Below are positions 13,173 through 24,560 of a DNA stretch of 64,000 nt, piece by piece. Source of the DNA: Lama guanicoe. Its lineage: Eukaryota. Both the position numbers and the translations under genes were made by a program. Where the stretch lies: the NCBI GenBank assembly GCA_013239625.1, contig MU054323.1:12779694-12843693 (forward strand), given 5' to 3'. The notes under the pieces were generated by a model. That model was not told where the DNA came from, did no database searches, and saw only the letters and a program-made list of their open reading frames with translations. Every line of letters begins with the position of its first letter. Position 1 is the first letter of the stretch.

Positions 13173-13779
13173 GTGAGTGACCCTCCCTAACAGGGGCCTT
13201 GTCGGTGGCTTTAAAACAAGATTTGTGTATTCACTGACAGAACCATGGCCACCAGAAAGAAACATTAAATTTATTATTTTAAGTTCAGATGTTACCCAAA
13301 AGCCTATAGAAAAGTTACATTGCTTTTGACAATGAATTGACAGTTTCTAAAATTAGAAATGAGTATAGGGACAGAGCCAACAGAGTTTCATAGAGTTGTT
13401 TGAAGATGATGGCAACAAAATATGCTCCATGAATGACTTTTTATTTCTTCGGCTTTTCCCTGGGCCTCTTCCCTTCCAGAATTTTATTGTTGGAGTGATG
13501 AGGGGGATGGTAGTTGCAGAGCCTCCAACCGCTGATTGGTGGGAGTGTCTGTGAGACAGACCTGTCTGGGAGAGGCAAGCAGTTGTCTTGGGCATTCACA
13601 GAATGGAAATGTAGAACATGATGGTTTTGGAGATTTTTTTGTATGCAGGAATCATACCTTCAACAGCCACCCTTTTTTGCCTGCCTTGGCTTATCTGCCT
13701 TTACTCAGCTCTGTTCCTTTTATCCTCCACCAGTGATGTTCAGTTTTCTCTTTCTGCTGGCTCTCTTCCTTCTAACTTT

Positions 13780-13924
13780 GTTTTAAGCTCTTTTATTCAT
13801 TCATTCATTCATTCACTCATTCATTCTTTCTTCCTTTCTTTCACCTTAATGGAGGCACTGGGGATTGAACCCAGGACCTCGTACACAACAGGCATGCGTT
13901 CTACCACTGAGCTATATACCCTCC
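13780..13924 (-). mobile_element. tRNA-Ala-derived camelid SINE (Vic-1-like) with (TGAA)n tail and TSD
   Basis: Minus strand reads gagggtatatagctcagtggtaga...ggtcctgggttcaatccccagtgcctcca (Pol III A and B boxes). TSD tccttctaacttt at 13767-13779 and 13925-13937. Confidence 0.85.
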
Positions 13925-14029
13925 TCCTTCTAACTTTAAAAGTATCTTCACTTAAAATGATTAGATGATGATGATAAGGATTTACTAGTTCTTTTTCATT
14001 AAATTTTTTTCATGTCTGTTATTTTTCCG

Positions 14030-14245
14030 GTTACATACAGAAATGTTAATGAATGAAAACCCATATGATGCCTGGAGTTTGCTTCAAAATAAAATGAGAG
14101 AAGTGTTGGGGATATAGATGAAATAAGACTGGCTATGAATTGATAAATTTTGAAGCTAGGTGATAGATTCATGGGAGCTTATTTTATATTCCTCCCTCTT
14201 CTGTATTTATTTGAAAATTTCCCTTATAAAAACCTTTTAAAAAAA
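14030..14245 (+). mobile_element. L1M 3'-terminal fragment
   Basis: tatgatgcctggagtttgcttcaaaataa...gatgaaataagactggctatgaattgataa...gctaggtgatagattcatgggag, typical of an old L1 3' UTR end. Confidence 0.65.
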
Positions 14246-15723
14246 TTATTTTTCTCCATAACATTTGTATCCTCCTAAGCTAGTTTTATTTTGTCCCTGT
14301 TGTTATAAAAATATTTCTCTTTTACTATCAAACTAGAGCTGTTAACACTTTTGCTTCCCTTTTTAAACCACCCTCTCAGTAATTAACATCTTGCAGTTTA
14401 ACTTCCATTCTACTGAAGTTACCCACTCTCCAGTTCTCAGAGCCAGTGACCCTGGCTCACCTCTCCACGCACCTCTCTCCCTTCCAGGCTTTTATAAATG
14501 CTTACTTTTCACTCTGCTTTTTTCCTGCTCTACTGGCTCACTTCTGTTCACTTTTCAGCTTAAATTTCACTTCGTGGGAGCCTGCCTTGACTTTTCAACT
14601 AGGTGATTTCAGTATAATCTCTTGTAATGCCATCCTTTTAAAAACCTTCATAACACTGGTCTGATGTCTTTTCTGCTGACTGTGCATCTCTAGGCTGTGT
14701 TGGCTCTTCTTTGTCTCACACTTAATTCTTTCAGCATGTTTTTCTTTCCCCTTTTTCTGAATGATTGTGTACCTGAAGGCTTACTGTTTGGCTCTCCGGA
14801 CTATTTTATTCTCCTTCTCTGTCATTGTATCTATACCCCTGACATTGTCCATTTACTCTTTAAAAGTGCCTTTTTAAGCTGTTGTCTGCTTTTAGCTTTC
14901 TTCAAATCATATTACTGGCATTTTACATGTCATTACTTCATTGAAGATCTAAAATTAGAACTTATCTTTCTTCTAGTCAAGTTTTCTTAACTTTCTGTAT
15001 TTACTTAATTTTAAACAATTTTTCTCTGTCTTAAAATCTTCAGATATTATTTAACTCCCCCTTTATCTAATTTACCTATCTGGTCAGTAGTTGGCCCTAT
15101 CAGAGCTGCCTTCATAAGGGATTTCCCCCTCCCCATTATCCTATTTAGTTCCCATAGCTCAGTCTTCCTTGCGTCTGGTTCTTCCCCTTCCAGTTATTTT
15201 TATAGCACATAACCAGATTGAACCTTCCCAAATGTGTGTTAAGATATGTCTTTTCCTTACACAAAACCTCAGTGGCTAAAGTCCAGCTTCTTTGTCTTTG
15301 TTATTTCAGTCAGTGTCTTGCTTATATGTCAAATTCTTATACTATGTTGTTTCTATGTTACCCTGATTTGGAAATCTCTATCTCTGCATCAATCCAGTGT
15401 TTTATCATTTCAAATATACTTTTGCTGCTGAGTACTACTTGAGAAAAGTATGCAGTTGTTCAATTTCATGCCACAATAAAGGCATAGTATTCCCACCTCA
15501 GCTAGGGGCCCTTATAGTCGTCAGATTTTTCCTTCTTCCCTAGTTAGTGTTTTCTCCTGTTATCCACAGTGGAATAGAAATTTGGGCTAGAGAATTTTTG
15601 AGTTGCCAACATGTAAATATACATTGAAAGCTTACAAATGGCTGCAAATGTGTAGCTGTCTTATCTTGTTTATATGTCTTACACCTCCAACCAAAATTTA
15701 GCCTCTGCAAGGTCAAAGATCAT

Positions 15724-15845
15724 GTAGTTGGTCTTCCATATACATAAGCGATTAGTTCCAGGACCCCCGACAGATACCAAAATCCACAGATGATCAAGTC
15801 TCTTAGGTAAAATGGCATAGTTCAGTCGACTCTGTATCCAGCTGT
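15724..15845 (+). mobile_element. MER2/Tigger-type DNA transposon MITE fragment
   Basis: gattagttccaggacccccgacagataccaaaatccacagatgatcaagtctc...aaaatggcatagt. Confidence 0.65.
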
Positions 15846-16676
15846 ATCTTCCATATTTTACTCATTGCTTTTACATTGTTGAATGCAGTGCCTTGTTCTG
15901 TAATTGCTGGTTAATTTTCAAAGTTAGCTATCGACACAACTAATTTTCAGAGCCCTTGGTGTAAGATTTGAGATCATTTCTCTCCCACTAGAAAATTGTA
16001 AACTAAAACGATGTTTGTAACCAACCACTCTCTATTAACGCCTCTACATCCTTCCCGAAGTGTCAGTATGGGGTAATACACAGTTATGTAATCACTCTAG
16101 ATCTTCTTTTTCATCTGCTTACATTTTTAAAAATTCTGATGAGAAAGTATTTGTAAAGTGTATTCCAAGCATTTTGTGAGATAATGAGTATGAAACACTT
16201 TGCAAACATTCTACATAGGGCCTGATAAATACTGTTTTCATTCTCTAAAATAGCAGTGGTTTTATTTTAAATATTTATGGACTTGTCTTTCTCTCAGAAA
16301 TACTTAGTCAGAGCTCCATGTATTATAAGTCAAGAGGTTATTCTCTTTAATTTAAGAGAGTATATATAGCATATGACTGGTGTCCTGTAAGCCATTAGTA
16401 ATGCTGTTTCTGTTACAGGGGTTGGGCCATGGGTAGGCAATGTGCATGCTACTCAGTACTCTGGGCTTATCAACAACATCAGTTATTTTGAGGTTAGAGA
16501 TTTTTGCTAGTTTTGTTCACTGCATGTTACAGTAGCTAGCATAAGGGAGGTCCTCAATTAATATCTGTAGGCCTAATACTTTGGGCTTTGTTTTAAATTC
16601 AACTCCTCCCTCCAGTGATGTTGTGCTGGAATCCCGGAGTTTGCAGTTTTAACGTCACTCGTTTTCCCCTGCATAG

Positions 16677-16856
16677 CGTCACACTGCTCAGCTCCGGGAA
16701 GAGCTGCTGAAACTTCCCTGTCCCGAAGGATTGGACCCTGATGCCGACGATGCCTCAGAGATGTGCAGTGCCACAGCCGGTGCTGAGGAGACTCTAATGC
16801 ATGATCAGGTCAAGCCCAGCAGCAGTAAAGAACTCCCCAGTGACTTCAAATTATGA
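16677..16856 (+). CDS. BIRC6: BIRC6 terminal exon, coding part including TGA stop
   Basis: cccctgcatag|CGTCAC. Encodes RHTAQLREELLKLPCPEGLDPDADDASEMCSATAGAEETLMHDQVKPSSSKELPSDFKL*, matching the mammalian BIRC6 C-terminus as I recall it. Confidence 0.96.
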   Translation, partial: RHTAQLREELLKLPCPEGLDPDADDASEMCSATAGAEETLMHDQVKPSSSKELPSDFKL

Positions 16857-17825
16857 GCTGCGTTGACATGGACTGCATAGACACAAAGGCTTTGAAGCAC
16901 AAGCCAAATATGTCAATATTTGTATGTAAGAAACTAATTATGTAATAGGTAATGAAACTGAAACTATACTACGCCCTTAAGGAGATCCAGTTTAATTCAA
17001 GGTGATCTTTTATTTACCTGTACAAGAGTGTAAACTTTTTTGTGCTTTTATTTTTCAATTGTGAGAACCACTGATTGGTATGTTCAACAAATTTGTGTAT
17101 ACAAAGAAATGGATAAATCACTGATATATAAGGGAAACTACCTTAGGAAAGAATGTTTACTGAATGTTTATTATTATTTTTTTTTTACTGTAGAGTGAGG
17201 GGTTGTTAACAAAGAATATATATTGGTCATTCTTACAACTACTATTTAAAGTCAGCAACTTTTCACTGAATTTGATAGATTTTATGTTTGGCCATATCTT
17301 CATGCTCACATTTGATTTCTGAAGAACTCCTACATACACTTCAATAAAAGTTAAATGGACATAATCCCTCTTTTTTGATTTACTGGTACATTTTTTAAAT
17401 GATAAATCTGCCATAAAATGCATTATAGCTGGAGACTTGCACTTGTATGAATGAATTTATTACATTCAACATATTTAATTTTATGCCTTCTAATTCTAAG
17501 ATGCAGAAAAATAAATGAACATGATTTTATTCTATGCCAATATTTGGGCCTGTGAATGTATCCATTATTTGAATTTAAGCATATGAAAAGGAATGGTCAA
17601 TTCGAAAAGTCACGCTAAACTGAATTTTTCCTAAAGGGCTCCTTTTTTCCTGGACTCTCTGGTTTTATTACTAACATCACATGTATGTATTAAACATTGA
17701 GGCTCTGTAGAGCAGAGAGGATGTACCTCTCTGGTGCTGTTACAGTACATTCTGTACCTGCCATATAGGCTCATTTTCATGCAAATTCTTCCTAGAGCCA
17801 AATAAATAAAGACTTAGGTGTATTA
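16857..17825 (+). other. BIRC6: BIRC6 3' UTR (3' end approximate)
   Basis: AT-rich, repeat-free stretch after the stop codon, ending at a doubled AATAAA followed by a GT-rich element. Confidence 0.8.
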
Positions 17826-17840
17826 GTATGTCTTGTTTCT
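17801..17840 (+). terminator. BIRC6: BIRC6 distal polyadenylation signal
   Basis: Overlapping AATAAATAAA (17801-17810) followed by GU/U-rich ggtgtattagtatgtcttgtttct. More proximal AATAAA hexamers occur at 17343 and 17510. Confidence 0.75.
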
Positions 17841-18589
17841 AAAAGGTGTGAAATGCTATTTCTACAAAGAATTGAACACTTCCATGACCTACGTGTGGGA
17901 AAGGAAAGGATGTTTTTTCAAGACCAATTATCACAAAGGAAAAGCTTGATTCTTGGCAGAATTTGTATAAAATAAACTGGCATGTGGGAACCTTAATCTG
18001 GAGCTGACCAGAAAGAGAAGCTGTATTCTGACAGTGAGTTGTCCTCTGAAGGAAAAGGGGAAATAGGGACCATGATACCTTCTCAACAAGGTACAGAGCT
18101 CCTTAAAGGAGATAAGTGTGTGACCAGGAAATCAGAGATTCTTAAACACATAACGTTAGGTCTAGTGGCTGGTGAATTACCCCAAGCATGACAAAATGAA
18201 GTTCAGTTTGTGAGAAAGAAGAGTCAAATATCACTCACATATATGCTAGCTTATATTTCAGTGTAAAATTATCAGCAATAAGAAGCAAAAGGCACAGTCA
18301 TCAATCCTCTAGGCTTTTTGGTTTTTTATTTTTTGGTCTGTCAGTGTCCTGTCAGGGATAGATGATACAAGCTTCTGTTTAAATGTATTGTTTGCCTCCA
18401 TTTTTGGATTTTATTTTTAGTCATTACAGTAAGGTAGGATCATTTTCCCCATTCCACATCATTAGTCCTCAGAAAGCTTTATAAAAGCAGTACTGTAAGG
18501 TCTAATTCATGTTTTTTTAAAAACCAAAGTCTAAGATCTAAAATTTGAGACTTTAGTCTAATTTGTTTCCATCTGAAATCTTGTCTTTG

Positions 18590-19240
18590 TGCCAGCAAAC
18601 ATTTGAGCGCTCACTTTGTGCTATGTCCACCCAAGTTCCTGCACTTGGGGGTTGAGTGACAGGCATGAAAACATAATGTCAGTGCAATATGGTAAGTTCT
18701 CTGATTCTGTTATTGACAGGGTACTACTGAGAGCATTGAGGAGGGACATCTCAGGCAAAATGTTGATGGGCACTGAGGTGCCATGGTCAGGAAGAGCTTC
18801 CTAAAGGAAGGATCCTGAGTCTTGAAGGATGAGGATAAATAAGTTAGCCAGGCGGAAAGAAGTTATTCCAGACTCAAGAGAGCAAAAGAAGAACTTGAAT
18901 TAATGGCACCATGTTTGATACTATTGAGTTTTAAGAGGCAAAATGGGAACAGCTGGTGGGTGGGATGTAGGCTGTGATGCTGGAGAGGTTGGAGAGATTG
19001 GGTCATGGAAGAGCTTGTCTGTCCTGTTGAGGAGCTCTGACATCCCATAGTGATGGAGAGCTCTCCAGTAGCTTTAATTAGAGGAGCAACCTGGTCCAGT
19101 CCTGTTTCAGGAAAATCGTTCTGCCAACTTTTCAGTGGCAAGGAGCTCATCTGAGAGCCCATGCTAGAGTCCAGGTGGTGGTCATAAACTAGGGCAATGA
19201 AAGGGGTGGAGAGGAAGGGAAAATCAACAGAACTTGGGGA
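18590..19240 (+). mobile_element. LINE-2 remnant (intergenic)
   Basis: cagcaaacatttgagcgctcactttgtgc...caggaagagcttcctaaaggaag...gagtcttgaaggatga, degenerate; boundaries and strand assignment approximate. Confidence 0.55.
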
Positions 19241-20484
19241 AATGTATATTTTTTTTTGGTATAACTTCAACATGTTTTCAGGCTGAAGAGCCAGGAGAGA
19301 GGGTGAGTGTGAAGGCCTTGGAGAAGACTGGAGCAAAGGCCAGCAGTCATAGGATGGCCTAGATCTGAGAGTGTGCAGAAACTGGGAAAGCCAATCGGTC
19401 AGTTCATAAAACTAACTATGAAGTTGTTACCTTAAAGAGAAGTATGGAAATAAACAGCTTAGATACCATTCTAGCATTAAGACCAGTATCTCTAAAGTCA
19501 GACGAATGTAGAAGTTACTGTAAATGTTTTTTTTCCTTTGGTGTCCTATAATTTGGTTTATTTAGGGTAGGATGGGTGAGGTGAGACATTCTACTTATTG
19601 TGTTAAACTGTGGTGAAGGGCCAAGGTTTTTCCGTTAGAGACCAGTACTTCATATAATACAATGAAGATGTTGCAACACCATGCCATCACTTACTCTTTC
19701 TACTTAGCCCACTGCCGACTTGTCGCAGCCTGTGGACTGTGGCTTGAGCAGCCCTGTGCTGAACAACTCAACTGAGGGTTGGTTCCTAGTGAGGCATTAC
19801 TAACTGGTTATTTATTCCTTAAAGCAAAGCTGATTAGTAGACAAATTTCTACTTGCATTTGTTGCCGTGTTAGATAGTTTTCCACAATTAAGCGTTAATA
19901 CTCTGCTATGTTCATGCATAGATGCTGGAACAGTATCATTTGCTAAAACAAGCTTCAAATCTTAGAAGGTGATGAGACAGGTTAGACCAAAAGATTCCAA
20001 TATGGAATCAAACATGCCTGCTGGATCTGCCTAGAAGTGGGAGTAGACCCAGTGCAGACCTTAGTGACTCTGGATACTCAGAGCTGGAACAGGCAGCAAG
20101 GGTGCAAGACTGGCCCAAACTGCTGCACTGGTGCTTCAGTCTTGGGCAAAATGGTCAGAACATGGCAGGGCCTCAGGTTCCCTTGGTTTCAGTAATACTG
20201 AGTTTGTAGGGGGCGGTTTTTGCCTTACAATATTTCTAATTTAATGTTTTCATTATGGAAAATTGGGGAAATACTGAAAAAATATGAAGTGTGAAATTAA
20301 ACAATTTTCTGATATCTTTCCTTCTAGTCTATTTTCTATAATTCTCTTTTCGATACAATTAGTATATTGTATGTACAATTTTACCAACTTTTAAACAATA
20401 CATTATGTACTTTTTTATCATTAAAGAAAATTAATGGTGGGGGGAGAGTGGTGGGGTGGCCAGGGGAGGGGAGAAAAAAAGAAA

Positions 20485-21026
20485 ATGGCTGCATAATGTG
20501 GATGTACTTAACTAATCCCTTACTATTGGACATTTAGGTTATTTCTGTTTTGCTAATTATAAATAATGCTATAATGAACATGGTCTATACCTTTTATTTC
20601 CTTATGGTGAAGCCTAGAATTATTAGGTCAAAGGGTTTGATATTTTTAATGACCAGTTGCTTTCCAAAGAGGTTTTACTGATTCATACTTCCAGTTTCAA
20701 TTAAAGTTCCCATTCCCTGGCCAGCATTGACTATTACACTCTTTTAATCTGGAATTTTTACCTATCATCATCAAATATGCTTTAGTGTGGATTTTTTCAA
20801 CATTGTATTTATTAGCCATTTGTATTTGCCAATGATCGGTTCATGCCTTTTCCCCATTTTTTGTGTATTATCTTAGGATGTCTTAATATAAATGAACTAT
20901 TTGTATGGTAGAATGTTGATTTTTTATCATATTTGTATTTTTTCCAGATGGCCTTTTAATTTTTAATTTTTCTCATAGAAGTTTCAAATTATTACAAAAT
21001 CATCTATTGATCTTTTCCTTTGTGAT
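20485..21026 (-). mobile_element. Old L1M fragment
   Basis: tattggacatttaggttatttct...taaataatgctataatgaaca...tagccatttgtattt...ttcatgccttttccccatttt, antisense L1 ORF2-end sequence. Confidence 0.65.
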
Positions 21027-21990
21027 AGAAGGACCTATGGCAATGCCTTAGCTCAAGGTATTTGGAGGACCTCTACAAATTTTGCCAGTTGAGTCTTAAC
21101 AATGCTGTTAATGTGTTTCACTAAACCAGGGGATTGAGAGTGGTAAGCATGGTGAAAGTGTTGTAAAACCGGCCGAGAAGCATAGACTTGCTGAAGCACT
21201 TGGCCAGTAAAATGAGTCTCTTGATCACTATGAAGCTTGAAGAATTTCCCAGATAATCTTTTTCAAAAGACTTTAGCCAAAGAAGAGGCAGTAGCCTCCT
21301 GCAAGGGAAAGATTTGGTCCAGTATGAAAACATACAGACCAGGACCAAACCATATTTATTTTCATTAGGCAGAGGAAGTTGTATGAAACCTATTTGCCAG
21401 ACCTCAAATGGTCCAGTAAGCAGTTTAAAATGTCTGAGAGCAGAACCAGCAGTCTTCCCTGGGTTATACTTGGGACAAGTGAGGTAGGCGGTTTTTGTGG
21501 CCTTCTTAATTATCACCAATACTGATTCATGAAGGCTATCATTTTGTTAGTAGACTAATTGTTTAATGCATGCACAATGGTGGGGAGTGGGGATTTTAGT
21601 CTCCTGTAGGATTTGAGTTATTTGGTCCAAACCAGAGCTTCTCTTTTTATCAAACCAACAGTTGTTGAATTTCCAATCTTGTTTTTCCTTTTTTGAGGCT
21701 AACTATTGGGTTTCTCTAGCCAGTTTTTCTAAGTTACCATTTGGAGAAATATCTCTTTGAACCATGACAGAGATTTGGTGCTGTTGGCCTCTTTAAGGGC
21801 AACATTCCTTTCAGAATTATGGGCAGGATGATTCTCCCTGGCTTCCAGACAGTCAAGTTTACAATGCCCCAGGATCTTAATCATAGCTGAAGTATCAGGT
21901 AAAAGTATTACATTCAATAATTCCTGAACACAGGGGCCATTTAAAATTTTATTTCCACTAGAAGTTAAGCCACATGGCTTCCACAACATT
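21027..21990 (-). mobile_element. Endogenous retrovirus pol fragment (RNase H C-terminal part and integrase), degenerate, no LTRs seen
   Basis: Minus-strand ORFs: LWKPCGLTSSGNKILNGPCVQELLNVILLP..MIKILGH (RNase H, WKxRGxLTSSG-like); YLTCPKYNPGK...GPFEVWQIGFIQLP...LVLVCMFSYWTKSFPCRR (integrase). Further on HAYHSQSPGLVKHINSIVKTQLAK. Multiple stops and frameshifts. Looks class I (ERV1)-like. Confidence 0.85.
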
Positions 21991-21991
21991 T

Positions 21992-22059
21992 ATGTTGGAA
22001 GCCAGGGAACTGATTTAGCTGACCAGGGAAAGCCCAATCCTAAAAATGTAATGGGAAAG
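21992..22059 (+). repeat. Inverted repeat copy A (68 bp; reverse complement of 28798-28865)
   Basis: atgttggaagccagggaactgatttagctgaccagggaaagcccaatcctaaaaatgtaatgggaaag; 66/68 identical to copy B in reverse complement. Confidence 0.95.
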
Positions 22060-23410
22060 CTAAGACCAACTTTTATCTCTGCTGAAGAATCCCTGAGAGA
22101 CTCAGGAACTGGGAGCAGGAGATGCCTCTGGGACTGAAGATTATGGGGTGGAAGGAGGAGGGGCTAGAATGTAGAAGACTGCTGCAGAGCTGAGTCAGGC
22201 AGTTGGCATCCAGAACCACTGCTTCCCCACCACCGCCTCTGTGGTGGTCTGGAGAGGGTCCAATACACAGACTGAGTCCTGAATTCTGAGACTCCTGGCT
22301 TCTTGCTCCACTTGGCTCTGGAATTCTGGCAACCAGACACCATCCAGGTAGGAGATTTTTAAAGAGTCCCTGAGAAATCTGACCAGCACAAGATAAAAAG
22401 ACTCATAAATAGTAACATCCAGGTTCCCCACACCTTCCAGGCCAGGCTCTACACTGATCCTAAAGTGGACATATCTCACCCACCAACTCAGTTTCCACTC
22501 AATATTTTTAAAAATTGAGATTATATTTTTTCTTTCCCTTTTATTACTCAAAGTCCATGTTGCTTCAAGGGAAATTAGAAGATTTAATTAGTATCATGGT
22601 ATCGAAAATCACATTTAAAACATATGAACCTTGAATTAAAGTGAAAGATCCAAGTTCACCCTGTGGGTCATTGGGGCTCTACACACAAATGAGGAACTTG
22701 GTGTAGTGGTCAGTGTGTTTCTGCAACTGTTGATCTTTAACAACTGTCTAAATAGTTTCCACAGCGCTGGATTTTCTGCTTGAAAAACCATATAGACCCA
22801 CGGATCAAATACTGTTCTCTGCACAAATACTTTTCAATTACTTCTCAGTGAGAAAACATTCCAGGGCATCTGTTTTTCCCTTCCAGCTCGAGTCTGGCTC
22901 CCTTTGGCATCCGCTGGCAGCGGCTGAGGTGAGCTGAGCACCTTTTCCAAAGTCTGGAGGGGCTCTGGATGCTACGGAAAAAAGTGAATTAAGAATTATT
23001 CAGCTTCCTGCCTTGGAGCTGGTCCTGGAGGAGGCTCTGCCAGAACAGCACTTGATTCCTTTTGAGTCCCGTGTGGTCAGCGTCACCCTGCAGCTTTCTA
23101 CTGGATCATGTATGGCAGGCATACTCACCAGTGCAGGCCCCACCAAGGCCGGCTCTCAGAGCTCGGTTTCGGCCTAGGTATGGGGCCACGAAGATTAAAG
23201 GACATGCGAATAAGGCGCAGTTTTGTGCTTGGCAGCAGCCTCGCAGGGCCGGCAGGTTTTTGCAGCGCTCAGTCTAGCCTCCAAAAGCTGCTCTGCACCA
23301 GCAGCCGGGCCAGATGTCCCACCCACTCCTGATTTATTTAGTGGCAGCGTCAAAACCAGATACTTTCTTACTCTTCAATTCATTCAAGAATAAAAAAGTC
23401 TTCTCTGCTG

Positions 23411-23570
23411 ACCAGATTCTTAACCTGGGGTTCGCGGACTCCACGGGGTCTCCAATTCCCTGAAATGGTACCCCAATGTTGGCAGTAAAGGCCCACGTGC
23501 TTTTGCGGGGAGGACTAAGGCATTCATCAGTAGTCGAGAGAGTTCTGACCCAAAAAAGTTTTAGGACTCA
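23411..23570. mobile_element. Probable hAT-Charlie MITE remnant immediately upstream of the TTC27 promoter
   Basis: Ends resemble Charlie-type TIR regions: cagattcttaacctggggttc...ctgacccaaaaaagttttaggactc. Confidence 0.4.
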
Positions 23571-24210
23571 AAGCCACGGACTTTCAACTTAAACCACGGT
23601 TGAGGCAAGACTGCGGCTTTGAGCAGCATTTTAACCAGTCTCCCCCCCGGGGCGGTAAAGGAGGACTCCACGCCCTCCACTGTTGCTGCCTCTCCCCGCA
23701 GCGCGCCTGGGGCGAGTTAGCCCCGCCCTCCAAACACTGCCCATTCCCCGCTCGGGGCGGGGCATCCCCATTGGGCATGCTCAGTGCCAAAGACTCGGGT
23801 TGGGCTCCTAGGCGGAAGCGGCGCCAGAGAGTGTGCGTGTGTTTCCCAGGGTTCCCCGCGTTGCCGTCATGGCCGCCTTCTTCTGCCGGTGTCCTCACAT
23901 GGGGTTCTAGGGCTGTTGCTGTACTCACAGGAACTGTCGCCACTAGTCTACGGCGTCATTGGAGACTCCTCCTTTCACTGTTTTTTATTGACGCCTGCGT
24001 GACCCTTGTAGGAACCTGTTTTGGCTGCAGCGATGTCTGGGGTGTTGTGGACCCCGGAGCTGGCAGTTCTGAGGGGCTTCTCTACTGAGACTGACCGGCA
24101 GCAGTGGAAGCAGGAGGGAGTCGCCGGTTCGGGTGAGAGGGGTTCACCTGCCAGGGAGGAACTTAAGCCAGCGTGGGGACTGTGTGGAGAAGGGGTGTCG
24201 GCGGCTGAGT
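23570..24210 (+). promoter_or_regulatory. TTC27: TTC27 CpG-island promoter, 5' UTR and exon 1 region
   Basis: Sharp rise in GC and CpG content. GC boxes GGGGCGG (~23649), CCCCGCCC (23721) and GGGGCGGGGC (~23754). Inverted CCAAT (ATTGG 23770). ETS/GABP-like GGCGGAAGCG (23811). YY1-like CATGGCCGCC (23868). No obvious TATA box. Confidence 0.85.
24033..24132 (+). CDS. TTC27: TTC27 (tetratricopeptide repeat protein 27) exon 1, coding part
   Basis: gcagcgATGTCT. Encodes [33 protein letters not shown]. Donor G|gtgaga, phase 1. Confidence 0.92.
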
Positions 24211-24379
24211 TTTCATCCCTCCTGGTTTTATTTTTTTCTTACCAAAATCTAGCTGATTCCTTAAGGCTTTGAGTTATTGCATCCTTGACATGGGGGCCGT
24301 GGTCCTAAGGCTCTCTGCATGTCTTTACCCCAAACTTCTCATCTCCCGAGTTCAGTAATAATAACATTTTTCTACTCCT

Positions 24380-24560
24380 TTAACATTTATTCAGTCATTT
24401 AATTTTTATAATAGACATGTAAGGTAGACACTACTTTTATTCTCATTTTGCAGATGAAGACATTTAAGTACAGATTGGTTAAGTAATTTATTCAAGGCCA
24501 CAAAGCTGGTAAGCACAGAAGCTGAAACGGGGCAGCAAAGATGTAATCTTGTAACAAAGC
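24380..24560 (-). mobile_element. MIR SINE
   Basis: ctcattttgcagatgaagacatttaagtacagattggttaagtaatttattcaaggccacaaagctggtaagcacagaagctg. Confidence 0.7.

Noticed and set aside
16641..16676. Alternative acceptor ttgcag 30 nt upstream of the last BIRC6 exon
   Set aside because: It lacks a pyrimidine tract and would read TTT TAA immediately; nothing in the sequence suggests it is used.
18863..19336. 157-aa minus-strand ORF in the intergenic spacer
   Set aside because: It lies over a degenerate L2 remnant, has low-complexity S/P/L composition and shows no gene structure.
23584..24088. Overlapping 119-162 aa ORFs on both strands at the TTC27 promoter
   Set aside because: Stop-poor GC-rich CpG-island sequence with no recognisable domain; the longest ORF starts at a non-ATG codon.
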